The notes beneath the pieces are model-generated. The model worked only from the letters and a program-made list of their open reading frames with translations. It had not been told where the DNA came from and ran no database searches. A DNA stretch of 64,000 nucleotides, from the IMG/VR virus record IMGVR_UViG_3300027736_000021, one strand, 5' to 3'. Numbering within the stretch: position 1 is the first letter of the stretch; every line of letters starts with the position of its first letter. Of this stretch, positions 46,999 to 57,056 are shown piece by piece. The DNA is from a virus. A program made the translations under genes and the position numbers.

Positions 46999-49862
46999 TG
47001 GCAAATACATTAATACAATTAAAGTCATCCACATCTAATGCGGCTCCAACCACATTAAATGTAGCTGAACCTGCGTATTCGTATGTAAGTAATACCCTAT
47101 TCATTGGTACTGCCGGTGGTACTGGCGTATTGCCTATTGGCGGACAGTTCTATGTAGCACAACAACAAACAATTTATAATACTGTAAATGCGGCTTTTGC
47201 AGCTGCTAATACAGGTAGTTCAGCCAACTCTGCAAGTTCTTATGCTAACTCATCATTTGCAGTTGCCAACTCCGCAGCACTATATGCCAACGCAGCTTTC
47301 TTAGCTGCTAACAATGCTTCAGATAGTTGGGTTCGCAACCAAGCAAACGCTGCCTTTATTCAAGCTAATGCGGCCTTTACTGCTGCTAACAATGCTTCAG
47401 ATACTTGGGTAAGAACACAGGCAAACTCTGCGTTCAATCAGGCTAATGCGGCTTTCTTACAAGCCAATACTCCTAGTAATGTTGCTAATTCAGCTGCAAG
47501 TTATGCTAATGCTGCCTTTATTGCAGCTAACACAAAATTAAGTTTATCTGGTGGTACAATTACAGGACCAATTAGTGGATTAGGAAATTCTAAACTAGAT
47601 TTTACTACTTACGGTTCCAACACCGCATATCTAACAACTACTAATGATGATTCTACTGCATTGTTTATCGGTGCGGTTACTGCTGAGTTATACGCTAATA
47701 CAAGTGTTAGTATTAGAGCCAATACTAAAGGAACATCACAGACATGGACATTTGGTGAAGATGGCACATTAACTTTACCAGCAAGCGGAACAATTTCTGG
47801 ATTAAAAGATGTAAACATTACTGGCAACTTGACTGTTGTTGGTACTACAACCTACGCAAATACGCAGACTGTATTAATTGCTGATAACATTCTAACACTC
47901 AATGCAGCTATTAGTCAATCTGGACAACCAGTAGTAAATGCTGGTATTGAAGTTGATAGAGGCGCTCAACCAAATGCACAGTTTATTTGGGTTGAATCTG
48001 CTGGTAAGTGGTCTGCAAACAATGGGAATGGGTCATTCTATATTGCGGCTGATTCGGCAGAAACTTATGCTAATGCAGCTTTCTTAAAAGCCAATACACC
48101 AAACTATGTTGCTAACTCAGCAGCATCATATGCTAACGCAGCCTTTATTCAGGCTAATGCGGCCTTTACTGCTGCTAATAATGCAGGCGGTACAGTATCA
48201 GGTAACACAATAAACCTTGGTTCAAACACAGTTGGTCTTTTAGTAAGTAATGCAGTAACACTTACAACAACAACAAAAGTAACTGATGGTTTGGCATTAA
48301 TTAATAATGTGTTAGGTAAATTAGTTCCACCTGGCCCACCTGCTTTCCCATCTTCTAATACTATTTCTATTGCTTCTGTATCTTCTTACAGAATGACAAA
48401 CTTCAGTCAGACAGATAGAACATCAAGTAGTCGTGGTGTTGCTGCTGGCACAACAGTTACAAATACAAGACGAGCTGCAACATATTCAATTACGCCAACT
48501 ATTCCAGACCAAGGTCCAGGTGATAGTGGTACTTTATCATTATATGTCAATGGTGCAAACACCGTTGCCTACACATTTACATCTTCAAGTGCCAATGGTA
48601 CATACACAAGTGGTGGTCACTCATTAGTTATTTCTGATAGCGTTGATTATGGTTCTAAGATTGTAGGTACTGCACAAGGCTTCTGGAGAAGTTTTGATTG
48701 TAGTGCCAACGGCACCGTATCAAATGGTTGGAACGAATTATACATTACTCATAGTGGCGCTTCTTCTACCAATACTCCATTCTGGTATTATGATGATAGT
48801 GCGCCAGGTACTGTTACTATTAATAACGGAAGTTTGACAGTTAACTCAGCTGCATACTCCAACTCATCTACAATTCCACACTATACAAGTGCCACATTAT
48901 TCAATCTTGGATTTAATATCTCTAAGTTAAGTGGCGATATGTATCCAACTAGTGATACATTTGTTGCCTCTGCAGCTGGTGGTGCATTTGGTGCCAACGC
49001 TGGCGTAACGTATGCACAAGCAGGCATCACAACACCACTTGTAAGAAATCTTTATGTTTCAAGTGGTCAAGCAACAGTCAACTTAACATCAGCAATTGTT
49101 TCAGGTTTTAGTAATAGTGCTACAGGCGTTGTTGTAACTGGTCAAAACAGTTATACCGCAGGCACATTATCAGTAACTCCAGGTGTTACTATTCAATACA
49201 AAACAGGCAATACAAGTTCCAATACTGTAATTGGCGGTGAAGATAATCTATTCTTTGGCTCAACAGTTGGTACCGGATCAACAGCGGCGTTTCGTATCGT
49301 CAATCCTGGTTCAACGGATAATCCTGCATATGCGAATGGTGCATCAGCATTTAACTCGACCTCTGGTACATTGGAAGCATATGATGCCACAGTAGTTGCC
49401 GCTACATTAAAACATGATATAACAAATTACTCCACAGGTTACTTGCCTGTTGGTCCAAATTTAAGTTCAGGCCGCTCAGGTCCACAATATTTTACATTCA
49501 AATTTGTTAGAACATCTTTGTCCAAATTTGATATTCAATTTACAGGTAATACTGCTGGTGTTTGGGTAGCCGCACCAGGAACTGTAATTGATTCCACTTC
49601 TTCGTTGAATGGCTGGTTGTCCATGACTACTGCATATGCAGGCTCTGGAATTCCAGGTGCTAATGCTCCAGGTAATGGTAGCAATGGTTGTGCTTTGGGT
49701 GGAACAATTACTGCAAATACAGCAGTTACAACACACAGAAAGACTTGCACATTCGGTACAGTATCAACATCTAATTCCACAGGTAATGAAGTTTATGTAA
49801 GAATTAAATTGTTGGCTGGTCAGACTATTACTGCACTTTCATTACAAACAGCGAATAATTAA
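46998..49862 (+). CDS. Long fibre protein
   Basis: MANTLIQLKSS...LNVAEPAYS (Mtd-N-like), ANAAF/ANSA repeats, NAGIEVDRG module, large beta-rich C-terminus. Confidence 0.72.
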   Translation: MANTLIQLKSSTSNAAPTTLNVAEPAYSYVSNTLFIGTAGGTGVLPIGGQFYVAQQQTIYNTVNAAFAAANTGSSANSASSYANSSFAVANSAALYANAAFLAANNASDSWVRNQANAAFIQANAAFTAANNASDTWVRTQANSAFNQANAAFLQANTPSNVANSAASYANAAFIAANTKLSLSGGTITGPISGLGNSKLDFTTYGSNTAYLTTTNDDSTALFIGAVTAELYANTSVSIRANTKGTSQTWTFGEDGTLTLPASGTISGLKDVNITGNLTVVGTTTYANTQTVLIADNILTLNAAISQSGQPVVNAGIEVDRGAQPNAQFIWVESAGKWSANNGNGSFYIAADSAETYANAAFLKANTPNYVANSAASYANAAFIQANAAFTAANNAGGTVSGNTINLGSNTVGLLVSNAVTLTTTTKVTDGLALINNVLGKLVPPGPPAFPSSNTISIASVSSYRMTNFSQTDRTSSSRGVAAGTTVTNTRRAATYSITPTIPDQGPGDSGTLSLYVNGANTVAYTFTSSSANGTYTSGGHSLVISDSVDYGSKIVGTAQGFWRSFDCSANGTVSNGWNELYITHSGASSTNTPFWYYDDSAPGTVTINNGSLTVNSAAYSNSSTIPHYTSATLFNLGFNISKLSGDMYPTSDTFVASAAGGAFGANAGVTYAQAGITTPLVRNLYVSSGQATVNLTSAIVSGFSNSATGVVVTGQNSYTAGTLSVTPGVTIQYKTGNTSSNTVIGGEDNLFFGSTVGTGSTAAFRIVNPGSTDNPAYANGASAFNSTSGTLEAYDATVVAATLKHDITNYSTGYLPVGPNLSSGRSGPQYFTFKFVRTSLSKFDIQFTGNTAGVWVAAPGTVIDSTSSLNGWLSMTTAYAGSGIPGANAPGNGSNGCALGGTITANTAVTTHRKTCTFGTVSTSNSTGNEVYVRIKLLAGQTITALSLQTANN

Positions 49863-50423
49863 ATGGCAATTTTAGATTCCGCAAAAGTCGACCTACTATA
49901 CAAAAAGCTCTTTGGTGTTGCTAAGACAGACACACCTGTTAATAAGGGTGCAAGTAATGAATCTATTGCTAGTCCTGCAATTAATCGTGGTGACAAAATT
50001 TGGACACAGGCATCAAGCATACCTGGAACTGCTGCGGCCGTTACTGGTATTGTTGAAGCATACCAAACAACTTCGGCTGTTCAATGTACCGCAGACACAA
50101 CATCAACTGCTATCAGTAGCGTTTTTCCAACTTGGAAAACTAATCTAACCGATTGGATTCCACCAGAGTTTGGTTCAACATACTTTGTGGCAGTCTATGC
50201 TGACACTTCAGGAGCAGCAAATCCTGTATCAACTGGAACACAAATGTTTGATTCTGGTATTGGTGGTGTAGGTGAGTGGTTCTTTGATTATCAATCAGGT
50301 GTATTAAATTTCATTGGTGGCACAATTCCAGCCACACTAACATCCGCTAAAGTTGTCTATGTTACAGGCTACAGATATGTTGGAGAAATAGGAATACAAA
50401 CAATTAAAGGTGGTAGTTTCTAA
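49863..50423 (+). CDS. Virion protein
   Basis: KVDLLYKK, WIPPEFGSTY, WFFDYQSGVLNF, GYRYVG; ends KGGSF. Confidence 0.65.
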   Translation: MAILDSAKVDLLYKKLFGVAKTDTPVNKGASNESIASPAINRGDKIWTQASSIPGTAAAVTGIVEAYQTTSAVQCTADTTSTAISSVFPTWKTNLTDWIPPEFGSTYFVAVYADTSGAANPVSTGTQMFDSGIGGVGEWFFDYQSGVLNFIGGTIPATLTSAKVVYVTGYRYVGEIGIQTIKGGSF

Positions 50424-50481
50424 CTACCGCAAAACATAAATAGCGAATAAAGAGCCTTACCCAATAGAGGATAACTAAAAA

Positions 50482-52197
50482 ATGGCAAATACAGTAATTC
50501 AACTAAAATTTTCTGACGTAACGTCAGCACCAGTATCACTTAATGTTGGTGAGGCGGCGTATTCAAATACATCACAAAAATTATTCATTGGTGACACAGC
50601 AAATAATGTCCTCACCATTGGTGGTAAATTTTTCACAGACCAACAAGGTCTAATATTCACAAAAACTAACGTAGCGTTTGATACTGCCAATAGTGCGGCT
50701 TCTTATGCTAATTCGGCTTTTGCATCTTCTAATAATAACGCTGGTGCAGCTACCGCAGGTTCATATGCTAACTCAGCATTTGCTACTGCAAATTCGGCAG
50801 GTGCTTATGCAAACTCTGGCTTTACTGCGGCTAATACGGCAGATGCTAAAGCCGTTTCAGCTGGATCTTATGGTAACTCGGCATTTACAACTGCTAATAC
50901 TGCTGATGCTAAAGCCGTTTCAGCTGGTGTATATGGTAATTCTGCATTTGCAACTGCTAATACTGCTGATGCTAAAGCCGTTTCTGCTGGTTCGTATGCC
51001 AACTCAGCATTTCTAACTGCTAATACTCCAACTCATGTTGCAAATTCAGCTGCTAGTTATGCTAATGCAGCTTTCACATCGGCTAACTCTGCATTTACTC
51101 GTGCTAATAACAGTATCAATGCAAACACAGGCGGTACGATTACCGCTGACTTGGTTATTACTGGTAACTTAACAGTTCAAGGTAATACAACTTATGTTAA
51201 TACACAAACAATCACCACACAAGATTCATTAATTCGTCTTGCTAATAACAATACTGCTGGTGATACAGTTGATATTGGTATTTACGGTGCATATAATCCT
51301 GGTAGTGGTGTAAAGTATACTGGTCTTGTTAGACAAGCTGGTGCAAATTATTTCTTATTTCAAAATTTATCTACTGACCCAACTTCAAACGTATTAGCTC
51401 CAGGATCATTAACTGCTGCTAACACGGGCACATTGACTGCCAATTTAACTTCATATGCAGTTTCAATTAACGGCATTGATGTTGAAACAAATCAAACAAG
51501 AATCTTCACACAAGCAAATTCAGCATTTACAACTGCCAACTCAGCAGGTGTCTATGGTAACTCTGCATTTGCAGCTGCTAATACCGCTAGTTCAACTGGC
51601 ACATCTGCTGGTGTTTATGCCAATTCAGCATTCCTTGCAGCTAACACAGCAGACACTAAGGCCACTTCAGCTGGTGTATACGGCAACTCCGCTTTTGCAG
51701 CTGCCAATACAGCTGACGCTAAAGCAACATCGGCTGGTTCATATGCCAACTCTGCCTTCACATCTGCAAATAGTTCTGGTGTATATGCTAACTCCGCTTT
51801 CTCATCTGCTAATACTGCTGATGTTAAAGCAACATCGGCTGGTGTGTATGCTAACTCAGCATTTGCAGCTGCTAATACCGATTTCACCAACTTAACAATT
51901 ACTGCTGCTCACCACGGTACTGCATCGGCAGTTGCTTCGTTTAAAGTTGAAGCAAATGGTCGTATTAGTTCTGCAAACAATACTGCAATTGCAATTGATA
52001 CCGCTGCGATTACTTCAGGTACACTAGGTGTTGCACGAGGCGGTACTGGTGCTGGTACATTCACAAACAATGGTGTTTTGTTAGGTCAAGGTACTTCTGC
52101 ATTTAGCACGGCATCATCGGCAACAGAAGGCCATGTGTTGACAATTAATGCTTCTGGTGTTCCAACCTTCTCTCATTTACAAGGCGGAACATTCTAA
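50482..52197 (+). CDS. Fibre protein with ANSAF repeats
   Basis: MANTVIQLK...LNVGEAAYS; SAGxY(A/G)NSAFxxANTADAKA repeats; ends QGGTF. Confidence 0.72.
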   Translation: MANTVIQLKFSDVTSAPVSLNVGEAAYSNTSQKLFIGDTANNVLTIGGKFFTDQQGLIFTKTNVAFDTANSAASYANSAFASSNNNAGAATAGSYANSAFATANSAGAYANSGFTAANTADAKAVSAGSYGNSAFTTANTADAKAVSAGVYGNSAFATANTADAKAVSAGSYANSAFLTANTPTHVANSAASYANAAFTSANSAFTRANNSINANTGGTITADLVITGNLTVQGNTTYVNTQTITTQDSLIRLANNNTAGDTVDIGIYGAYNPGSGVKYTGLVRQAGANYFLFQNLSTDPTSNVLAPGSLTAANTGTLTANLTSYAVSINGIDVETNQTRIFTQANSAFTTANSAGVYGNSAFAAANTASSTGTSAGVYANSAFLAANTADTKATSAGVYGNSAFAAANTADAKATSAGSYANSAFTSANSSGVYANSAFSSANTADVKATSAGVYANSAFAAANTDFTNLTITAAHHGTASAVASFKVEANGRISSANNTAIAIDTAAITSGTLGVARGGTGAGTFTNNGVLLGQGTSAFSTASSATEGHVLTINASGVPTFSHLQGGTF

Positions 52198-52222
52198 ATT
52201 ATTATCGTGAAAAGGAGTTATT

Positions 52223-52750
52223 ATGAATGTGGAGTTTTCAAATGCGTATCAAGAGGTTCTGCTTGAGAATTTAGATGTAATACTTAAGCAGAACTTTATG
52301 ATGCAAGCAAGATTAAAATTGCTTGAAAAAGAAGCAAATGTTCGTGCAGAAATGCAGGCAAAAATTGATGAGCTTACAGTAAAACACCAAGAAGCTTTGG
52401 AAAAAATTGGTCAAACGCAACATTATAAAATCCAAGCGGAAAATAATGATGCGATTGTTCAAGAAAAAACCAGAATTCAATCTGCTTTAAATGATACCAT
52501 GCGAGAACTTGGTACAACAAAAAGTAGTTTAGAAGTAAAAGATAGAGAGCTTGGTGAAATAAAAAACACCTTAGAAGCAAAAGAAAAAGAGATACAAGAA
52601 ATGAAATCTCGTGTTCTTGAATTAGAAAAATTAGTTCCTATTGCCTCTAAAGTTGTTAAAAAACCTACTGTAAAAACTGAAGAAAAGCCTGTTGAAATTT
52701 CTGCTACTGAAACCAATAAAGTAAGGGTTGAGGCTGGCGGTACATTTTAA
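52223..52750 (+). CDS. Charged coiled-coil protein
   Basis: E/K/Q heptads; ends AGGTF; AAGGAG SD. Confidence 0.7.
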   Translation: MNVEFSNAYQEVLLENLDVILKQNFMMQARLKLLEKEANVRAEMQAKIDELTVKHQEALEKIGQTQHYKIQAENNDAIVQEKTRIQSALNDTMRELGTTKSSLEVKDRELGEIKNTLEAKEKEIQEMKSRVLELEKLVPIASKVVKKPTVKTEEKPVEISATETNKVRVEAGGTF

Positions 52751-53820
52751 TGGCAAATACAGTAATACAACTTAAACACTCGACATTAACTGGCAATGTT
52801 CCATCATCGCTAGCTAATGGTGAAATTTCCATCAACAGTCGTGATGGAAAGTTTTTCTATTCCACTCCCGCTGGTGTAGTCACCACTCATTATCCTTATT
52901 TGGGACCAGCAGGTCTTAATAAGGAAATTCAATTCAATGATAGTGGCACTCTTGGTGCAAATGCTGGTCTTTCATTTGACAAAACTTCCGGTTCATTAAA
53001 TGTATCTACTACTCTTAATGTTAGTGGTAGAGATTTAGGTGCATATGCTAATGCGGCTTTCTTAGTTGCTAATACTCCAACTCATGTAGCGAATAGTGCC
53101 GCTAGTTATGCCAATTCATCATTTCTTGCAGCTAACACTCCAAGTAATGTGGCTAATAGTGCGGCCTCATATGCTAATGGTGCTTTCACTCGAGCAAATA
53201 ACAGTATTAATGCAAATACTGGTGGAACAATAACAGGCAATTTAACAATTAGTGGCAACCTGACTATGACAGGTGCCGGAAATATATCTGTTGCAAATAT
53301 TTCCATTACAAACAATTTAAGTGCAATTACAGCGGCTCTAACTGTTAACAGTATCACAACTGGTACTGGAACTGGCGGCACAATTGCAGGCGCAAATACA
53401 ATATATGCAAACACCTTTGTAGCTAATACTGGTGGTTTTATTCAGTTTGCAGATGGTTCAAAACAATTTACCGCTAATGCTGGCAGTGCTGGAACAACTG
53501 ATACTTTTGCAAGAGGCCAAGCTAATGCTGCCTTTATTCATGCAAATGCGGCTTTCAATCAAGCAAATACTGGCGGTGGTGGCACGACAGACTTTGGTTT
53601 TGGTATTATATACACCGCAAATAACAATACGTTTGCTAACGCCACAACGGCCAATGCTCAAGTTAATTTTGTGGGTGAAAACGGTACTGTTGTTTATGCA
53701 AACGCTACAACTAAAACAATCACTTTTGCTGGTACTCCAGGCCTTCAAGGATTAACCGTGGATTATGGATTTGTTAATGATCCAACTTACTATTCAATTG
53801 ATTACGGATCTTTAGCTTAA
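52750..53820 (+). CDS. Fibre protein
   Basis: MANTVIQLKHS...PSSL..GEI.IN..DGK.FY; IQFND.G; IQFADGSKQ; ends DYG..DYG. Confidence 0.72.
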   Translation: MANTVIQLKHSTLTGNVPSSLANGEISINSRDGKFFYSTPAGVVTTHYPYLGPAGLNKEIQFNDSGTLGANAGLSFDKTSGSLNVSTTLNVSGRDLGAYANAAFLVANTPTHVANSAASYANSSFLAANTPSNVANSAASYANGAFTRANNSINANTGGTITGNLTISGNLTMTGAGNISVANISITNNLSAITAALTVNSITTGTGTGGTIAGANTIYANTFVANTGGFIQFADGSKQFTANAGSAGTTDTFARGQANAAFIHANAAFNQANTGGGGTTDFGFGIIYTANNNTFANATTANAQVNFVGENGTVVYANATTKTITFAGTPGLQGLTVDYGFVNDPTYYSIDYGSLA

Positions 53821-53831
53821 TTTGGAACAAC

Positions 53832-53839
53832 TATAAATA
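53832..53839 (+). promoter_or_regulatory. T4 late promoter TATAAATA
   Basis: Exact match 6 nt before ATG 53846. Confidence 0.85.
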
Positions 53840-53845
53840 ACTATT

Positions 53846-56086
53846 ATGTCAACACAAGTTCAATTTAGACGAGGTAATACAGCACAGACCAGCACATTTA
53901 CAGGTGCTACTGCTGAGATTACCGTAGATACCGATAAGAAAACAATAGTTGTCCATGATGGATCGACTGCTGGTGGCTTTGCTTTAGCTAGAGAAAATTC
54001 AAGTAATACTGCTGGTTCTTATGCCAACTCTGCATATGCCACCGCTAACTCGGCACAGTCATATGCTAACTCTGCTTTTGCAACTGCTAACACTTCTGCA
54101 GCTGCTGGTTCTTATAGTAACTCTGCATTTGGTGTTGCCAATTCAGCAGCCAGTTATGCAAATAGTGGATTTGCCGTTGCTAACTCAGCATCTTTATATG
54201 CCAATTCAGCATTTTTAGCTGCAAACAATTCTGCTGGTGTAAATCTAACTCAAAACACCAACATAACAAATGCTGGTACTTACGCTAACTCCGCTTTCTT
54301 AGTTGCTAATACTCCAAGTCATGTAGCAAATTCAGCTGCATCATACGCTAATGGTGCTTTCACTAGAGCCAATAATAGTATCAATGCAAATACTGGCGGA
54401 ACAATTTCTGGTAATCTTGTAATTGCTGGTGCAAACCTTGTTGTTTCTAATGGTGCAACAGAAGTTTTTAATGTAAGAAGTTCAAGCACTTCAGGTTTAC
54501 CTGCTACATCCAACTCAACTGGTACTGTAACAATTACCGGTGGTGTTGGTGTAAAAGGTAGTATCTACGCTGATGCTGTTTATGATGGTGATATTGAAAT
54601 TATAGCATATGCTAATACTGCTTTCTTAGCTGCCAATACCCCAAGTCATGTTGCCAATTCAGCGGCCAGTTATGCTAATTCTGGTTTTGCCGTATCTAAC
54701 TCGGCTGCATCTTATGCTAACTCTGCATTTGCTGTAGCTAATAACGGTGTGGGTATTGATGCTACACAAAACACTAATATAACAAATGCTGGTACATATG
54801 CCAACTCAGCGTTTACAACTGCCAATACTCCAACTCATGTAGCAAATAGTGCTGCTAGTTACGCTAATTCAGGATTTGCAGTAGCTAATTCTAGCGCAAG
54901 TTACGCTAATAGTGCTTTTATAGCTGCTAACAACAGCCTTGGTATTGATTTAACACAGAATACGAATATTACAAATGCTGGTACATATGCCAATTCTGCT
55001 TACACAAGAGCAAACAATTCATTAAATGCAAATACTGGCGGTTCAATTACTGGTGATATTTCAATAACTGGTAATTTAACTGTAACTGGTAATACAACTT
55101 ACACCAATACAAGAACAGTTTTAATTGCAGATAATATTATTACAGTTAATGCCGCAATCGACCAAGCAGCACAACCAGCAGTTAATGCTGGTATTGAAGT
55201 TGACCGTGGCGCTCAACCAAATTCTTCGTTTTTATGGATTGAAACCTCTGGTAAATGGGCAGCAAATAATGGTAATGGTGCAATATTCATTGCAGCTGAT
55301 TCAGCAGAATCTTATGCTAATGCAGCTTTTGCTTCTGCAAATTTAATTAATGGTGTTGATTTAACACAAAACACCAACATTACAAATGCTGGAACATATG
55401 CTAATGCGGCTTTCTTAGTTGCTAATACTCCAACTCATGTAGCGAATAGTGCCGCTAGTTATGCCAATTCTGCTTTTATAGTTGCTAACAATAGTTTAGG
55501 TATTGATACAACTCAAAATACCAATATTACAAATGCTGGCACTTATGCTAATAGTGCTTTTGCAGCTGCCAATGCAGCTACAGCAACTGATACTACACAA
55601 AATGCTAGCATTACAGCTGCATTTACCGCAGCTAATGCTGCTTTCTTACAAGCAAATACACCAAGTAATGTAGCAAATTCTGCTGCTAGTTACGCTAACT
55701 CAGCATTTGTTTCTGCCAATTCCGCTGGTGTTTATGCAAACTCATCATTTATAACTGCCAATACGCCAAGTAATGTAGCAAACTCAGCCGCTTCTTATGC
55801 TAATTCAGGATTTACAACCGCTAATTCTGCCGCTGCGTATGCTAACTCTGCATTTTCAGCTGCTAATTCAGCTTCAGGTGCTGCAGCTGCCGGTTCTTAT
55901 GCCAATTCAGCATTTGCAACTGCTAATAATTCTGCTGGTGTAAATCTAACACAAAACACTTCTATAACATCTGCATTTGCTGCCGCTAACTCAGCAGGCA
56001 TATATGCTAATAGTGCTTTTGCTCAAGCAAATAGTGGTGGAGTTACAATTGGTGATGTGTTGGCTCTCTCAATCGCACTAGGATAA
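53846..56086 (+). CDS. Fibre protein (Mtd-N-like start, ANSA/TQNTNIT repeats)
   Basis: QVQFRRG.T.....FTGA..EITVDTDK...VVHDG.TAGG; ends LALSIALG. Confidence 0.75.
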   Translation: MSTQVQFRRGNTAQTSTFTGATAEITVDTDKKTIVVHDGSTAGGFALARENSSNTAGSYANSAYATANSAQSYANSAFATANTSAAAGSYSNSAFGVANSAASYANSGFAVANSASLYANSAFLAANNSAGVNLTQNTNITNAGTYANSAFLVANTPSHVANSAASYANGAFTRANNSINANTGGTISGNLVIAGANLVVSNGATEVFNVRSSSTSGLPATSNSTGTVTITGGVGVKGSIYADAVYDGDIEIIAYANTAFLAANTPSHVANSAASYANSGFAVSNSAASYANSAFAVANNGVGIDATQNTNITNAGTYANSAFTTANTPTHVANSAASYANSGFAVANSSASYANSAFIAANNSLGIDLTQNTNITNAGTYANSAYTRANNSLNANTGGSITGDISITGNLTVTGNTTYTNTRTVLIADNIITVNAAIDQAAQPAVNAGIEVDRGAQPNSSFLWIETSGKWAANNGNGAIFIAADSAESYANAAFASANLINGVDLTQNTNITNAGTYANAAFLVANTPTHVANSAASYANSAFIVANNSLGIDTTQNTNITNAGTYANSAFAAANAATATDTTQNASITAAFTAANAAFLQANTPSNVANSAASYANSAFVSANSAGVYANSSFITANTPSNVANSAASYANSGFTTANSAAAYANSAFSAANSASGAAAAGSYANSAFATANNSAGVNLTQNTSITSAFAAANSAGIYANSAFAQANSGGVTIGDVLALSIALG

Positions 56087-56096
56087 ATAAAACACC

Positions 56097-57050
56097 ATGT
56101 CTAAACCATCAACTCGTGCTGAACTAAAAGAATACTGTTTAAGAAAACTTGGTAAACCTGTCATTGAAATTAACGTGGATGATGACCAAGTAGATGACCG
56201 TATTGATGAGGCCTTTAGCTTCTTTGAAGATTATCATTTTGATGGTACTGAAAAAATCTTTATGAAGCACCAACTTACGGCTGAAGATATTAATCGCCGT
56301 TGGATTTATGCACCAGATGCGGTTACATTTGTAACAGGTGTGTTTCCGTTTGATGATTCTAATGCTTCTATTAATATGTTTGATTTGCGTTATCAGTTAC
56401 GCTTAAATGACCTCTATGACTTTACCTCAGTAAGTTATGTGTCTTATGAAATTACAATGCAACACATAAGAACTTTACAACTGCTATTTTCCGGCACACC
56501 ACAATTTAGATTTAATCGCAAACAAAACAAAGTATTCCTTGATATAGATTGGACAAGAGATGTTCAACCTGGCCAATATGTTGTTATTGAATGTTATCGC
56601 ACATTAAACCCACAAACAATTACTTTAACTGGCACTTGTGCAACAACAGCTAATGCAAATACAGTAGTTGGAACAGGTACAATATTTGACCAACAATTGT
56701 TAGAAAATGATTTTGTTACCTTTGGTACAGAAACATTACAGATTGATAAAATTAATTCACCAACATCTATCACAGTTCGTGGCCCATTTACAACAACACA
56801 AGCTGGTGCAACAATGACTGCTGCTGGATATTCAGATGTTTGGAATGATAGATTCTTAAAGAAATATACTACTGCATTGATTAAACTTCAATGGGGTAAT
56901 AATCTTAGTAAATTCGCTGGTATACAAATGCCTGGTGGTGTAACACTTGATGGTGTTCGCATTATGACTGAAGCTCGTGAAGAAATTGAAAAACTTGAAG
57001 AAGAAATGCAAATTATCAATGTATTGCCTGGCGAGATAATGATGGGTTGA
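56097..57050 (+). CDS. gp13: Neck protein gp13
   Basis: ELKEYCLR.LG.PVIEINVDDDQ..DRIDEA, YHFDG, QWG.NL.KF.G.QMPGGVTL.G. Confidence 0.95.
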   Translation: MSKPSTRAELKEYCLRKLGKPVIEINVDDDQVDDRIDEAFSFFEDYHFDGTEKIFMKHQLTAEDINRRWIYAPDAVTFVTGVFPFDDSNASINMFDLRYQLRLNDLYDFTSVSYVSYEITMQHIRTLQLLFSGTPQFRFNRKQNKVFLDIDWTRDVQPGQYVVIECYRTLNPQTITLTGTCATTANANTVVGTGTIFDQQLLENDFVTFGTETLQIDKINSPTSITVRGPFTTTQAGATMTAAGYSDVWNDRFLKKYTTALIKLQWGNNLSKFAGIQMPGGVTLDGVRIMTEAREEIEKLEEEMQIINVLPGEIMMG

Positions 57051-57056
57051 TAATGA

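Larger units (their letters stand above)
50680..56040 (+). repeat. Degenerate coding repeats (7/14-residue ANSA(A/F) units) in fibre genes
   Basis: Many gctaac/gccaat tc(a/t)gc units; 76-nt identical copy at 53042-53117 and 55395-55470. Confidence 0.8.

Noticed and set aside
50680-56040. CRISPR-like array
   Set aside because: Repeats are degenerate in-frame codon repeats within fibre genes with no unique spacers; the Cas4-like nuclease at 2625 is a common stand-alone phage enzyme
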